36,648 nt of DNA from a virus (Duplodnaviria > Caudoviricetes), in the IMG/VR virus record IMGVR_UViG_3300008255_000261, positions 1-36,648 of that record; one strand, written 5' to 3'. The notes beneath the pieces were generated by a model. That model ran no database searches and was not told the origin of the DNA. It was given only the letters and a program-made list of their open reading frames with translations. Position 1 is the first letter of the stretch; each line of letters starts with the position of its first letter. Made by a program: the position numbers and the translations under genes. Positions 9,131-17,865 of this stretch are shown one piece after another.

Positions 9131-10384
9131 ATGGATCAAAATTTAGAAAAATCATTCAATACATTCAGTATTGAAAACACAATGGATATGGGAGTGGGGG
9201 ACTCTCAATTGTTAAATGATTTAATGTCTCCTGAAACATCCACCTCTAGTCCAGATGATGTAGAGGAAATTGTTAAAACAGTTGAAAAAACTGAAGATGT
9301 TAAGAAACAAGCTAAAGTTAAAGAAATAAAAGGAGATGATGAAGAAGATAAAACTGATGCTGATAAAAAACCAGCAAACCCTTTAGATGATTTTTTTTCT
9401 TCAGAAGATGAAGAAGAGGGTGAAGAGGAAGAAGAAGAAACTACAAAGATTGAACAAAAAGAAACTAAATCTGATGATGAAATCACTCCTGAAGTTTCAC
9501 AATTTTCAGCTCTTGCTAATGATTTGTTAAAATTAGGTGTTTTTACAAAAGAAGAAGATGAAGAAGATTTTTCTATCAGTTCTCCAGAAGAATTTCTTGA
9601 AAGATTTAATTCTGAAAAGAAAAAAGGAGCTATTCAAGTTGTAAATGATTTTATTGGACAATTTGGAGAAGATTATCAACAAGCATTTGATGCCATATAT
9701 GTAAAAGGAGTTAATCCAAAAGAATATTTTAATTCATTTAACTCAATCCAAAACTTTAAAGATTTGGAATTATCTGGAGAAGAAAATGAATCAAATCAAA
9801 TAACAGTTATAAAACAAGCTTTATTTGATCAAGGATTTGAACCAGAAGATATTGATACAGAAGTTGAGAGATTAAAAAATTATGGTGATTTAGAATCTGT
9901 TGCAATGAAACACCATAAGGTGTTAATTAAAAAAGAAACAGCTAAGTTACAACAACTGGAACAACAATCCCAATTACAATTACAACAAAAAAACCAAATA
10001 AAGAATCAGTATATATCTAATGTACAAAGTGTTCTTCAAGAAAAATTAAAAACAAAAGAATTTGATGGTATTCCATTAAATCCAAAATTAGCAAATGAAC
10101 TACAAGACTTTTTATTAGTGGATAAATACAAAACTGCTTCAGGTGAAACTTTGACAGATTTTGATAAAACCATTTTAGAGTTAAAACGACCAGAAAATCA
10201 TGAATTAAAGGTTAAGGTTGGTTTGCTTTTAAAAATGCTTGAAAAAGATCCAACATTATCAACCATTCAAAAAAGTGGAGTTACAAAGAAATCAACACAA
10301 CTTTTTGGAAACCTTGCAAAACAAGTGACCACTGATAGAACGTTTAAAAAAGAAAATAATAAACCAACGTCATGGTTTCAATAA
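9131..10384 (+). CDS. acidic scaffold-like protein (conserved gene upstream of the capsid gene in crAss-like phages)
   Basis: Highly acidic disordered N-terminus, helical C-terminus, lies between portal and MCP. Confidence 0.65.
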   Translation: MDQNLEKSFNTFSIENTMDMGVGDSQLLNDLMSPETSTSSPDDVEEIVKTVEKTEDVKKQAKVKEIKGDDEEDKTDADKKPANPLDDFFSSEDEEEGEEEEEETTKIEQKETKSDDEITPEVSQFSALANDLLKLGVFTKEEDEEDFSISSPEEFLERFNSEKKKGAIQVVNDFIGQFGEDYQQAFDAIYVKGVNPKEYFNSFNSIQNFKDLELSGEENESNQITVIKQALFDQGFEPEDIDTEVERLKNYGDLESVAMKHHKVLIKKETAKLQQLEQQSQLQLQQKNQIKNQYISNVQSVLQEKLKTKEFDGIPLNPKLANELQDFLLVDKYKTASGETLTDFDKTILELKRPENHELKVKVGLLLKMLEKDPTLSTIQKSGVTKKSTQLFGNLAKQVTTDRTFKKENNKPTSWFQ

Positions 10385-10411
10385 AGTTTAACAAATAAAT
10401 AAAAATAACAA

Positions 10412-11965
10412 ATGGCAACTCAAACAATCCCAGGATTAACTGGCTTTACCTATGCTCGTGTAGCCTCTATGGATAAACGAGCAGTAGGAAAACTTACTGA
10501 TTCCAATCACTTAGAATCATTTCACTCTACAGAAATCGCTGATTATGATAAGAAAATAATTTCTTTATACACTCAGAGTACACTGTATAGTAATGATTTT
10601 TTGGATATGGTCAATAAATCAACACCTTATTATATTGATGGTAATAGTGATGCATGGAAATGGAAAATTTCTGTTCCATATAAATTTCCAAAAATTATTG
10701 ATATTCCAGATGCTACTTCTTCTTTAACAAAGCCAGGTATAGATGGACAAGAATTTTCTTTAGTGTTAGATTCAAATGAATTCTCAAAAAATGCTATTGT
10801 ATCAATTGGATCTCGCCAATATGGTCCTAGAGTATATGTTGTAAAAGATCCTATTCCTTATAATGCAGGATTTTTAACTACATTTACATTAGTTAGTGAT
10901 AACCCTATGGTAGATTTTTTAAGTTCTACATATTTACAAGTTGGACTTGAATTAGAATTAGTAGATGCTGCTATTGGTGAATTTGATCAAGATTTGTTAG
11001 GTCTTCCTCGTTTAGGAGAAGAAATTACAATGTTTGAATCATTAGGATCTGCTTATGGATTTGAACATACTATAACAGCATGGGCAGATGATAGAACTAT
11101 GAAAGATGCTTCTGGAAAAGCTCTTGATATATTAGTGTATGCTCCACAAAGAAGAAACCAACTTCCTTTAACAAGAAATGATGTTAAATGGGAACCATTT
11201 GTTGAATATATAATGAGAAAATCTATGCTTGAATTAAAAGTTAAGCGTATGATTTGGGGAAAACCTGGAACAGTGAAAACAGGAGGTTCTAAACAAGAAG
11301 TAAAACGTACATCTGCTGGTGTTTATCATAGAATGCGTAATAATGGAAATTTAGTACAATATAATAGAGGAGAATTTTCTGCAAATCTATTACGTTCTGT
11401 ATTTGGTGATTTATTTTATCGTAGAGTGGATGTAAAAGATAGACGAGTTAAAATGTACACTAATGAAGCTGGTTTTGATGTTTTTCAACAAGCTTTAAAA
11501 AATGATGCTTTAAATTCTGGACTATCTTTTGTAGCTGATTCTGGAAATAGATATTTACAAGGAGAAGGACAAAATATTACATATAATTTTGCTTTTGATT
11601 CTATGATTTCCAGAGAAACTGGAAAAATTGAATTAATTCATTTAAAGGAACTTGATTTACCACAATCTAATTTAGAATTTGGACAAAACAAAAAATCAAC
11701 TCCTGTATTTATGGTGTTTGATGTTTCTCCAATGAGTGATGGTTCTTTAATAAATAATATTCGTGAAGTAAGAATGAAAGGTGCTCCTTCTATGACTTGG
11801 GGTTATGTTGATGGACGTAGACATCACCTTGGATTTGCAAAATCTCAAGGAATGACTAGTGCTAATAAATTTCCAGGGTATCAAATCTGGATGGAAGATA
11901 GATGTGATATTTTTATTGAAGATCTGTCTCGTACAGTGTTAATAGAAGAAATTCCACAATTTTAA
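10412..11965 (+). CDS. major capsid protein (crAss-like)
   Basis: 517 aa, position after portal and scaffold-like gene, followed by strong hairpins; overall pattern resembles crAss-like MCPs. Confidence 0.85.
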   Translation: MATQTIPGLTGFTYARVASMDKRAVGKLTDSNHLESFHSTEIADYDKKIISLYTQSTLYSNDFLDMVNKSTPYYIDGNSDAWKWKISVPYKFPKIIDIPDATSSLTKPGIDGQEFSLVLDSNEFSKNAIVSIGSRQYGPRVYVVKDPIPYNAGFLTTFTLVSDNPMVDFLSSTYLQVGLELELVDAAIGEFDQDLLGLPRLGEEITMFESLGSAYGFEHTITAWADDRTMKDASGKALDILVYAPQRRNQLPLTRNDVKWEPFVEYIMRKSMLELKVKRMIWGKPGTVKTGGSKQEVKRTSAGVYHRMRNNGNLVQYNRGEFSANLLRSVFGDLFYRRVDVKDRRVKMYTNEAGFDVFQQALKNDALNSGLSFVADSGNRYLQGEGQNITYNFAFDSMISRETGKIELIHLKELDLPQSNLEFGQNKKSTPVFMVFDVSPMSDGSLINNIREVRMKGAPSMTWGYVDGRRHHLGFAKSQGMTSANKFPGYQIWMEDRCDIFIEDLSRTVLIEEIPQF

Positions 11966-11971
11966 CAAATA

Positions 11972-12090
11972 AACACCTTTTAAAATTAGGTGTTAACCAC
12001 CGAGAAGAATATCTCTCCTTTCCCCAAAAGGAGAATTCTTCTCAAAATAGAGTGTTGATAAAGTCATATTCTTTCAATAGAAACACTCTA
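11972..12090 (+). other. three tandem stem-loops between MCP and tRNA
   Basis: AACACCT/AGGTGTT (11972-11994); GAGAAGAAT..TCTCCTTT/AAAGGAGA..ATTCTTCTC (12002-12043); TAGAGTGTT/AACACTCTA (12048-12090). Confidence 0.75.
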
Positions 12091-12095
12091 CAAAT

Positions 12096-12169
12096 TGCGA
12101 GATAGAGCAGATTGGTAGCTCGTTGGGTTCATAACCCAAAGGTCATTGGTTCAAGTCCAATTCTCGCTA
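12096..12169 (+). tRNA. tRNA-Met(CAT), initiator (fMet) type
   Basis: Cloverleaf: acceptor TGCGAGA/TCTCGCT with 1:72 mismatch, D stem GAGC/GCTC (A11-U24), anticodon stem TTGGG/CCCAA with three G-C pairs, anticodon CAT, T arm ATTGG-TTCAAGT-CCAAT; CCA not encoded. Confidence 0.95.
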
Positions 12170-12198
12170 CAAACCAATTATTAAATTTTTAACTACAT

Positions 12199-13167
12199 AT
12201 GGGCAAATCAGGAAAAATTTCTACAATTAAGAGAGAATATAGTAGTTCTCAAATGCAAACAATGCAAAGTGAACTAGCTAAAAAAGGAATGACAAGAATT
12301 CCTGGAACAGGGGTGTTTAAATACCCTTACAAGGAATTAAGTGGTAAATATAGAACAGGGTTAGACCCTGATGCTTCTTATATTCAAAGAATTCAAGACA
12401 GTACGGAAAAAGAACTTGAAATTGAAAGAGTGACAAAACTTAGAAAAAAACTAGAATCTGATTTAGGTGGAATAGATTTAGGTCCTAATTCAAAATTTTG
12501 GAATCATGGTCTTTCTACTTCTACAGATGATCAATCTCATGTTCAACCAGTTAAATTGAGAGATGGTGATAATTATTTTGATTTATCAATTCCTTTTCAA
12601 GAATTAGCTTTCTCTTGGTTAAGAGTACATCCAACTATTGCAAGCTCTTATCAAGCTTGGGAAAGAGGAGAATATCCTGCTGATACACAATTTTATGTGG
12701 TAGATGATGAAATAGAAAATGCAATAGTATTTAAGAAAAAACAACTTATTAATAAAGCTGTTATTAAATTTGATGGAATGACTCCTAGTAAAAAGAAACA
12801 AATTGCCCGATTATTAGGTCTTCCTATTACAGATAATACAAAAGAAGAAATTGTATATAATTTAGTAGATACATTATTAAAACAATCAGAATTTAAATCT
12901 GGTGCTAATAAAGGACAAAATCCTGTAAATGTATTTAATAAATATGCTGATATGAAAGAAAACTTAATTTATGTTAAGGATTTAATCAAACAAGCAATTG
13001 ATCATTCCATTTATAGAGTGAAGCCTAGTGGTACAATATATGAAGGAGAATTTGAAGTGGCTAAATATGAAGAAGAATTAGTTAAATTTTTAATTGATGA
13101 TGATCATCAAGATGAATTGTTAACATTAGAAGGAAAATTAAAAACAAAAAAACTAGCTAGTGTATGA
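12199..13167 (+). CDS. conserved crAss-like protein downstream of MCP
   Basis: 322-aa ORF; synteny only. Confidence 0.6.
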   Translation: MGKSGKISTIKREYSSSQMQTMQSELAKKGMTRIPGTGVFKYPYKELSGKYRTGLDPDASYIQRIQDSTEKELEIERVTKLRKKLESDLGGIDLGPNSKFWNHGLSTSTDDQSHVQPVKLRDGDNYFDLSIPFQELAFSWLRVHPTIASSYQAWERGEYPADTQFYVVDDEIENAIVFKKKQLINKAVIKFDGMTPSKKKQIARLLGLPITDNTKEEIVYNLVDTLLKQSEFKSGANKGQNPVNVFNKYADMKENLIYVKDLIKQAIDHSIYRVKPSGTIYEGEFEVAKYEEELVKFLIDDDHQDELLTLEGKLKTKKLASV

Positions 13168-13895
13168 TACCTGTAGATAGTTTATTATATAAAATAGATC
13201 AAAGACTAAATAAGCTATCCACAAATGTTCACCAACAAATACAATTAGAAGATAAAATTTTAGCTTTAAATGAAGCTCAAATTAAACTTATAAAACAAAA
13301 AGTTGATGGATTTAGTGTTAATAATGGGTTAGGAATGGATGCTTTTAAAAAACGATATGAAGATTTACAAAATCTTGTAATTTCTTATCAAAATCAACCA
13401 CTTTCTTTGTCTTTAACTGATATTAAATTAAACAAATGGGATGCAGATATTTCTAAATTAAATCCTTCTTATATGCTTTATCTGGATAGTTATATACTAG
13501 CCAATAAAAGAGATTGTAAAGATAAAATAATTTGGATAAATAGAGATTTAGCAAAACATGGTGATTTACAATTTATATTAAATAATGTACATTATAAACC
13601 TAGTTTTGAATATCAAGAAACTTTTAATTCTATTTCCTCTGATAAAATAAGTGTATTTACAGATGGTACTTTTACACCAACTAAAATGTATATAATGTAT
13701 TTAAGATACCCAGTGTATATAAATAAAGAAGGATATGTAATGTTAGATGGTAATGAGTCCACAAACGTAAATTGTGAGCTTGCTGAATATTTAGAAGATG
13801 AATTGTTAGATTTAACAGTTCAAAATTTAGCAATGTACACAGAAAATGCTAGTGCAGTTCAAAGTGCACAATTTAGAATACAAACAAACGAATAA
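13164..13895 (+). CDS. putative tail ring / head-tail adaptor protein
   Basis: LNEAQ near the N-terminus, YLRYP and CEL-x-EYL-x-DELLDL-x-V near the C-terminus, typical of adaptor/ring proteins; synteny. Confidence 0.6.
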   Translation: MIPVDSLLYKIDQRLNKLSTNVHQQIQLEDKILALNEAQIKLIKQKVDGFSVNNGLGMDAFKKRYEDLQNLVISYQNQPLSLSLTDIKLNKWDADISKLNPSYMLYLDSYILANKRDCKDKIIWINRDLAKHGDLQFILNNVHYKPSFEYQETFNSISSDKISVFTDGTFTPTKMYIMYLRYPVYINKEGYVMLDGNESTNVNCELAEYLEDELLDLTVQNLAMYTENASAVQSAQFRIQTNE

Positions 13896-13923
13896 ATAAT
13901 TAATAATTTAATACATAAACAAA

Positions 13924-15087
13924 ATGGCTGATTTTTCATTAACGACATTATTTGTCGTGCCAGTAGGACAGACTGCTCTTCCTAGCTCTGGTTCAACGCA
14001 AGATTTAACTGCGGGTCAAGTGGGTATTTTTAAAAACGATTATGTTCTTGCAACAGCAGGTAACATAGCTGCTGCCCCTTATTTCTACATTGCCCAAGGT
14101 AGAGATAATACTTTTTTACAGGGGTCTAAACGTTCTGATAAAATTTCAGGTTCTTTAAATTCTGGAACTAGTAATATTATAGAATGGTATAAAGTGAGTG
14201 GATGTAACACTCCTGTAAATCAAGTTACAGATGTAAGTGGATTTAGTATTCAATGTGGAGAAATTTTAACATTAACACTTAGAGCCCATTCAAGTTATAT
14301 TGATACGTTATATTTTAATGGATTGACAAGATCTGTAACAGTACAAGCTCCTTGTTGTGAGTGTGGTGCTGATCCATGTACAGATGTAGATGTTCCAACT
14401 TTAATTGATGCATTAATTGTAAAATTAACTCAAGCTGCTTCAGGTAATAACCCAGATAATGTTATTTTATCAGATTTCTTCCAATTTCAAAGAATTGGTA
14501 ATGATGCAGATGCAATTTTACGTATATCTGGAAAACCATTAACAGCATATGGACAACCATGTGATGTTGCTGCTTTCCCATTTGCATATGATAGAATGTG
14601 GTTTAGAACATTTGTTTATGAAGGTCCTGAAACCACTGCTGATTTTATTGTTTCTGATGCTTGTAATATTGTTGCAAATAGTCAAGTTACACAACGTTCT
14701 TCTTACGCAACAGGAACTGCTGCTGAAATAGCACAATTAGAGAAAAATTTCTATAGCTATCAAGCTGGTTATTTGAAGCATTTATATAGAATGAATGGTT
14801 ATAATGGAAACTTTGAATCTCAAGTAGATGCATCTAGTACATATGATACCTTCTATATTAAATTTGGAGATTATGATAAAAATGGCCAAAATTGGAGTGA
14901 TTATGTAAGTGGAGATAGCACAGTTATAATTGCTGCTGTTGCTGGAGGAGCTGCTTCTACAGCTATTGAAGCTGTATTAGAAGCTGCATTAGGAACTGTA
15001 ACAAGTACAAATAGTTGTATTACAACAACTTCTACTACAACTACTATTTGGGCAACTACTACCACAACTTCTACATTAATTCCTTAA
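13924..15087 (+). CDS. putative auxiliary capsid / structural protein with poly-Thr tail
   Basis: Ala/Gly/Thr-rich 387 aa, followed by a strong terminator; position matches the crAss auxiliary capsid gene. Confidence 0.55.
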   Translation: MADFSLTTLFVVPVGQTALPSSGSTQDLTAGQVGIFKNDYVLATAGNIAAAPYFYIAQGRDNTFLQGSKRSDKISGSLNSGTSNIIEWYKVSGCNTPVNQVTDVSGFSIQCGEILTLTLRAHSSYIDTLYFNGLTRSVTVQAPCCECGADPCTDVDVPTLIDALIVKLTQAASGNNPDNVILSDFFQFQRIGNDADAILRISGKPLTAYGQPCDVAAFPFAYDRMWFRTFVYEGPETTADFIVSDACNIVANSQVTQRSSYATGTAAEIAQLEKNFYSYQAGYLKHLYRMNGYNGNFESQVDASSTYDTFYIKFGDYDKNGQNWSDYVSGDSTVIIAAVAGGAASTAIEAVLEAALGTVTSTNSCITTTSTTTTIWATTTTTSTLIP

Positions 15088-15112
15088 TAAGAAGAGTTTT
15101 AATATAAAACCT

Positions 15113-15156
15113 ATGCCAGAGGGTGAGAGGATTCTCATAATCCTCTGGCATTTTTT
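15113..15156 (+). terminator. intrinsic terminator
   Basis: ATGCCAGAGG...CCTCTGGCAT stem followed by a T run. Confidence 0.85.
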
Positions 15157-15167
15157 ATTATAAAAAT

Positions 15168-15737
15168 ATGGCTGATTTAAATTTAAACATATTAGTAATT
15201 GATACACATGATGTACAAAAATTAGGAATTTTAGATAATTCCATATATGCATCAGTGGATCCAGGAGTAGATACACAAACAATATCTATAACACCTCCAG
15301 AATTTGATGCTGTTACATTAAGTTTTCAATATAATAATTATAATATATATAATTCTGAAGATTTAGGAATTACAGAAATTGGAGAAGATTTATGTGACTT
15401 ACCTGATGGTGTATATTATATTACATATAACAATAATACAGGTGGAACAGTTACAAGTGTAAACAAAACTATTATAAGAATAGATAAGTTACAAGAAAAA
15501 TTTGATGAAGCTTTTATGAGCCTTGATATGATTGAATGTGATGGTAAAATTAAAAAACAATCTAAAGTTCATTTAATGTCTATTTATTTTTTTATACAAG
15601 GAGCTATATCAGCAGCAAATAATTGTGCAGTGAATAAATCAAATTCATTATATAATAAAGCTGATGCTATGTTAGATAATTTCATAAAAAATGATTGTGG
15701 ATGTTCAGGTAATAACTATATAATAACATATTTCTAA
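15168..15737 (+). CDS. putative structural protein (tail hub-like)
   Basis: LPDGVYYITY beta-sandwich motif plus helical Cys-containing C-terminus; synteny. Confidence 0.5.
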   Translation: MADLNLNILVIDTHDVQKLGILDNSIYASVDPGVDTQTISITPPEFDAVTLSFQYNNYNIYNSEDLGITEIGEDLCDLPDGVYYITYNNNTGGTVTSVNKTIIRIDKLQEKFDEAFMSLDMIECDGKIKKQSKVHLMSIYFFIQGAISAANNCAVNKSNSLYNKADAMLDNFIKNDCGCSGNNYIITYF

Positions 15738-15826
15738 TGGCCTCATGCAAAACCTGTGGAACAAAAGTAGGATGTGGTTGTCAATTAACAAATGGACAAT
15801 GTTCTTCTTGCGCTTCTAAAACCTAA
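15737..15826 (+). CDS. 29-aa six-cysteine micro-protein (MASCKTCGTKVGCGCQLTNGQCSSCASKT)
   Basis: TAATG stop/start overlap with the upstream gene; fills the gap to 15833; CxxC-CGC-CxxC. Confidence 0.75.
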   Translation: MASCKTCGTKVGCGCQLTNGQCSSCASKT

Positions 15827-15832
15827 AATAAA

Positions 15833-16471
15833 ATGATGTTAAATCCTAAACTTAATAATTGTATAGATTGTACAACTATTGAAGTGTTATTAAATAATAT
15901 AGATAGAAAGATTTTTAAAATATCAAATGATATGTATAATAATCTTGTATTTATGTTAAATAAAGATATTTCAAAAGATATAATTGTGGATTTATTACAT
16001 TATAAAAGAATATTAACTTATAGATATTATAATTCTGAATATGCTAATGCATATACATTAGAAATGATTACTAGTAAAGTTAAGAGGTTAATTAGTGGAG
16101 GAATAGAAACTTGTCAATGTGAAGAAAGCTTAATAATCCTTCCCACTACAACCACCACAACTTCTACATCTTTAACTACAACTACCACCACTACAACAAC
16201 TATTCCTTTACAAGAAGGGCTTATGAGTTTAAATAGTAATATTGATCAAAATTTAGCTTGTTCTGAAATTAACGACACTTCTTTTTGGATGAGCACTAAT
16301 ACACCTTTAATTATTTTAGATGGTGATGTAGTTTATACAAACTCTTTAGGAACTATTAATTTTATAGGAAATAATAATTTTTATAAATTAGTATTAAATG
16401 GTGGAAATTTTTATAGTGCTAGAATTGATGTAAATGGAATTTTAAGTGATGTACAACTTTGTGTATCATAA
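15833..16471 (+). CDS. putative structural protein: helical N-domain, poly-Thr linker, Cys-bounded C-domain
   Basis: Modular sequence visible directly. Confidence 0.6.
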   Translation: MMLNPKLNNCIDCTTIEVLLNNIDRKIFKISNDMYNNLVFMLNKDISKDIIVDLLHYKRILTYRYYNSEYANAYTLEMITSKVKRLISGGIETCQCEESLIILPTTTTTTSTSLTTTTTTTTTIPLQEGLMSLNSNIDQNLACSEINDTSFWMSTNTPLIILDGDVVYTNSLGTINFIGNNNFYKLVLNGGNFYSARIDVNGILSDVQLCVS

Positions 16472-16495
16472 TTAAATAAAATAAAATAAGAAAAT

Positions 16496-17563
16496 ATGTC
16501 TTGTACAAATTGTTTTAATGGATGTGCTGGAGGACCAACATCTGATAAATGTGTAAAATACACTGGTTCTACAATTGCAGAATTAGGAATAACTAATGGA
16601 GATTCATTATCCGCTGTTGAAAATGCAATAACAACTTATCTATTAACTGCTTTAGATGGTTCTGGAATAGTTCCATATATAGATAATGGCTCATTATGTG
16701 CACTTGTATCAAACTATCTTCCTGGTTCTGGTACAATAACATTGATTAATGTTATAGATGCTCTTATACAAAGTGTGTGTGATTTACAAGAACAAGTCAC
16801 TACATTGTCAAATAGTATAACAACATTAAATGCAAATTATACTATTGGATGTTTAACAGGTGTTACATCTTCTTCTGATACACATAATATTTTACAAGCA
16901 GTAATAACAAAATTGTGTACTATTGAAACAGATTTAAATTCATTAGAATTAAATGTAGATACAAATTATGTTAAAGTTAGTGAAATAGATACATACATTG
17001 AAAATTATATAACAACTTCAGGATCTAGTGTATTAATAAGTGCAAAAATGGTTCCATATGTAGCAGTTGAATATTATGGTTCTTTAACTAATTTTGATGC
17101 TTCTGGTGCTGGTTTAGGTGATTGGAAAAATATTTATTTATGTAATGGTAATAATGGAACTCCAGATAAAAGAGGAAGAGTTGCTGTTGGTGCTATTACA
17201 GGAATGGGTGGTGGTGTATTGGATAGTGCTGTAGACCCTGCTATCACCACAAATCCAAATTATGCTTTATTATCAAAACAAGGTGCAAATGCTATTACAT
17301 TAAATAGCACACAAATGCCATCACATACACATACAACAACTGTATCAACTGATGGTGCTCATACGCACACTATTACAGGATATATTCAAAGTGGAAGTAA
17401 TGATGGAAGTGGTGGAGAGGCTGCAGGATATTTTGATACTAAAATTACATCTAGCTCAGGATCTCACACACATACAGTTACAAATTCTGAAACAGGTGGT
17501 GGAGGTTCTCACTCCAATATACAACCATCTTTAGGTTGTTATTATATAATTTATCTACCTTAA
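16496..17563 (+). CDS. tail fibre protein with tail-collar-like domain
   Basis: LCNGNNGTPDKRGRVAVGA...ITL...QMPSHTH...HTH...HTH...SHSNIQP..YII collar/HxH tip motifs after a coiled coil. Confidence 0.8.
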   Translation: MSCTNCFNGCAGGPTSDKCVKYTGSTIAELGITNGDSLSAVENAITTYLLTALDGSGIVPYIDNGSLCALVSNYLPGSGTITLINVIDALIQSVCDLQEQVTTLSNSITTLNANYTIGCLTGVTSSSDTHNILQAVITKLCTIETDLNSLELNVDTNYVKVSEIDTYIENYITTSGSSVLISAKMVPYVAVEYYGSLTNFDASGAGLGDWKNIYLCNGNNGTPDKRGRVAVGAITGMGGGVLDSAVDPAITTNPNYALLSKQGANAITLNSTQMPSHTHTTTVSTDGAHTHTITGYIQSGSNDGSGGEAAGYFDTKITSSSGSHTHTVTNSETGGGGSHSNIQPSLGCYYIIYLP

Positions 17564-17578
17564 TACTAATAAAACCAA

Positions 17579-17860
17579 ATGACAGTATTAATAACATTAA
17601 CAACTGCAAGTGCTAATACAGGCCCTTTCGATTTATATTCTAACTTAAATGACTTTACTACACCTTTTGAAACAGGTGTAGCTAAAGCTTCTTTGTTATC
17701 TGGATATTCCTCTGCATTAGTTCCTGATTATACAACAATTATTAGGGTAAAATCTGAAGGAGACTGTTTAAATTATATTGATATAAATTTAGAAGAAACC
17801 ACAACATCTACATCTACATCTTCAACCACCACCACTTCCACTTCTACAACAGTAATTTAA
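17579..17860 (+). CDS. small structural protein: 'GPF' domain plus Thr/Ser tail
   Basis: Clear paralogy with the N-terminus of the next ORF. Confidence 0.7.
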   Translation: MTVLITLTTASANTGPFDLYSNLNDFTTPFETGVAKASLLSGYSSALVPDYTTIIRVKSEGDCLNYIDINLEETTTSTSTSSTTTTSTSTTVI

Positions 17861-17865
17861 AAATT

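Noticed and set aside
4383-11965. Introns or inteins in terL, portal or MCP
   Set aside because: Uninterrupted ORFs of ordinary size; no intein or homing endonuclease motifs seen
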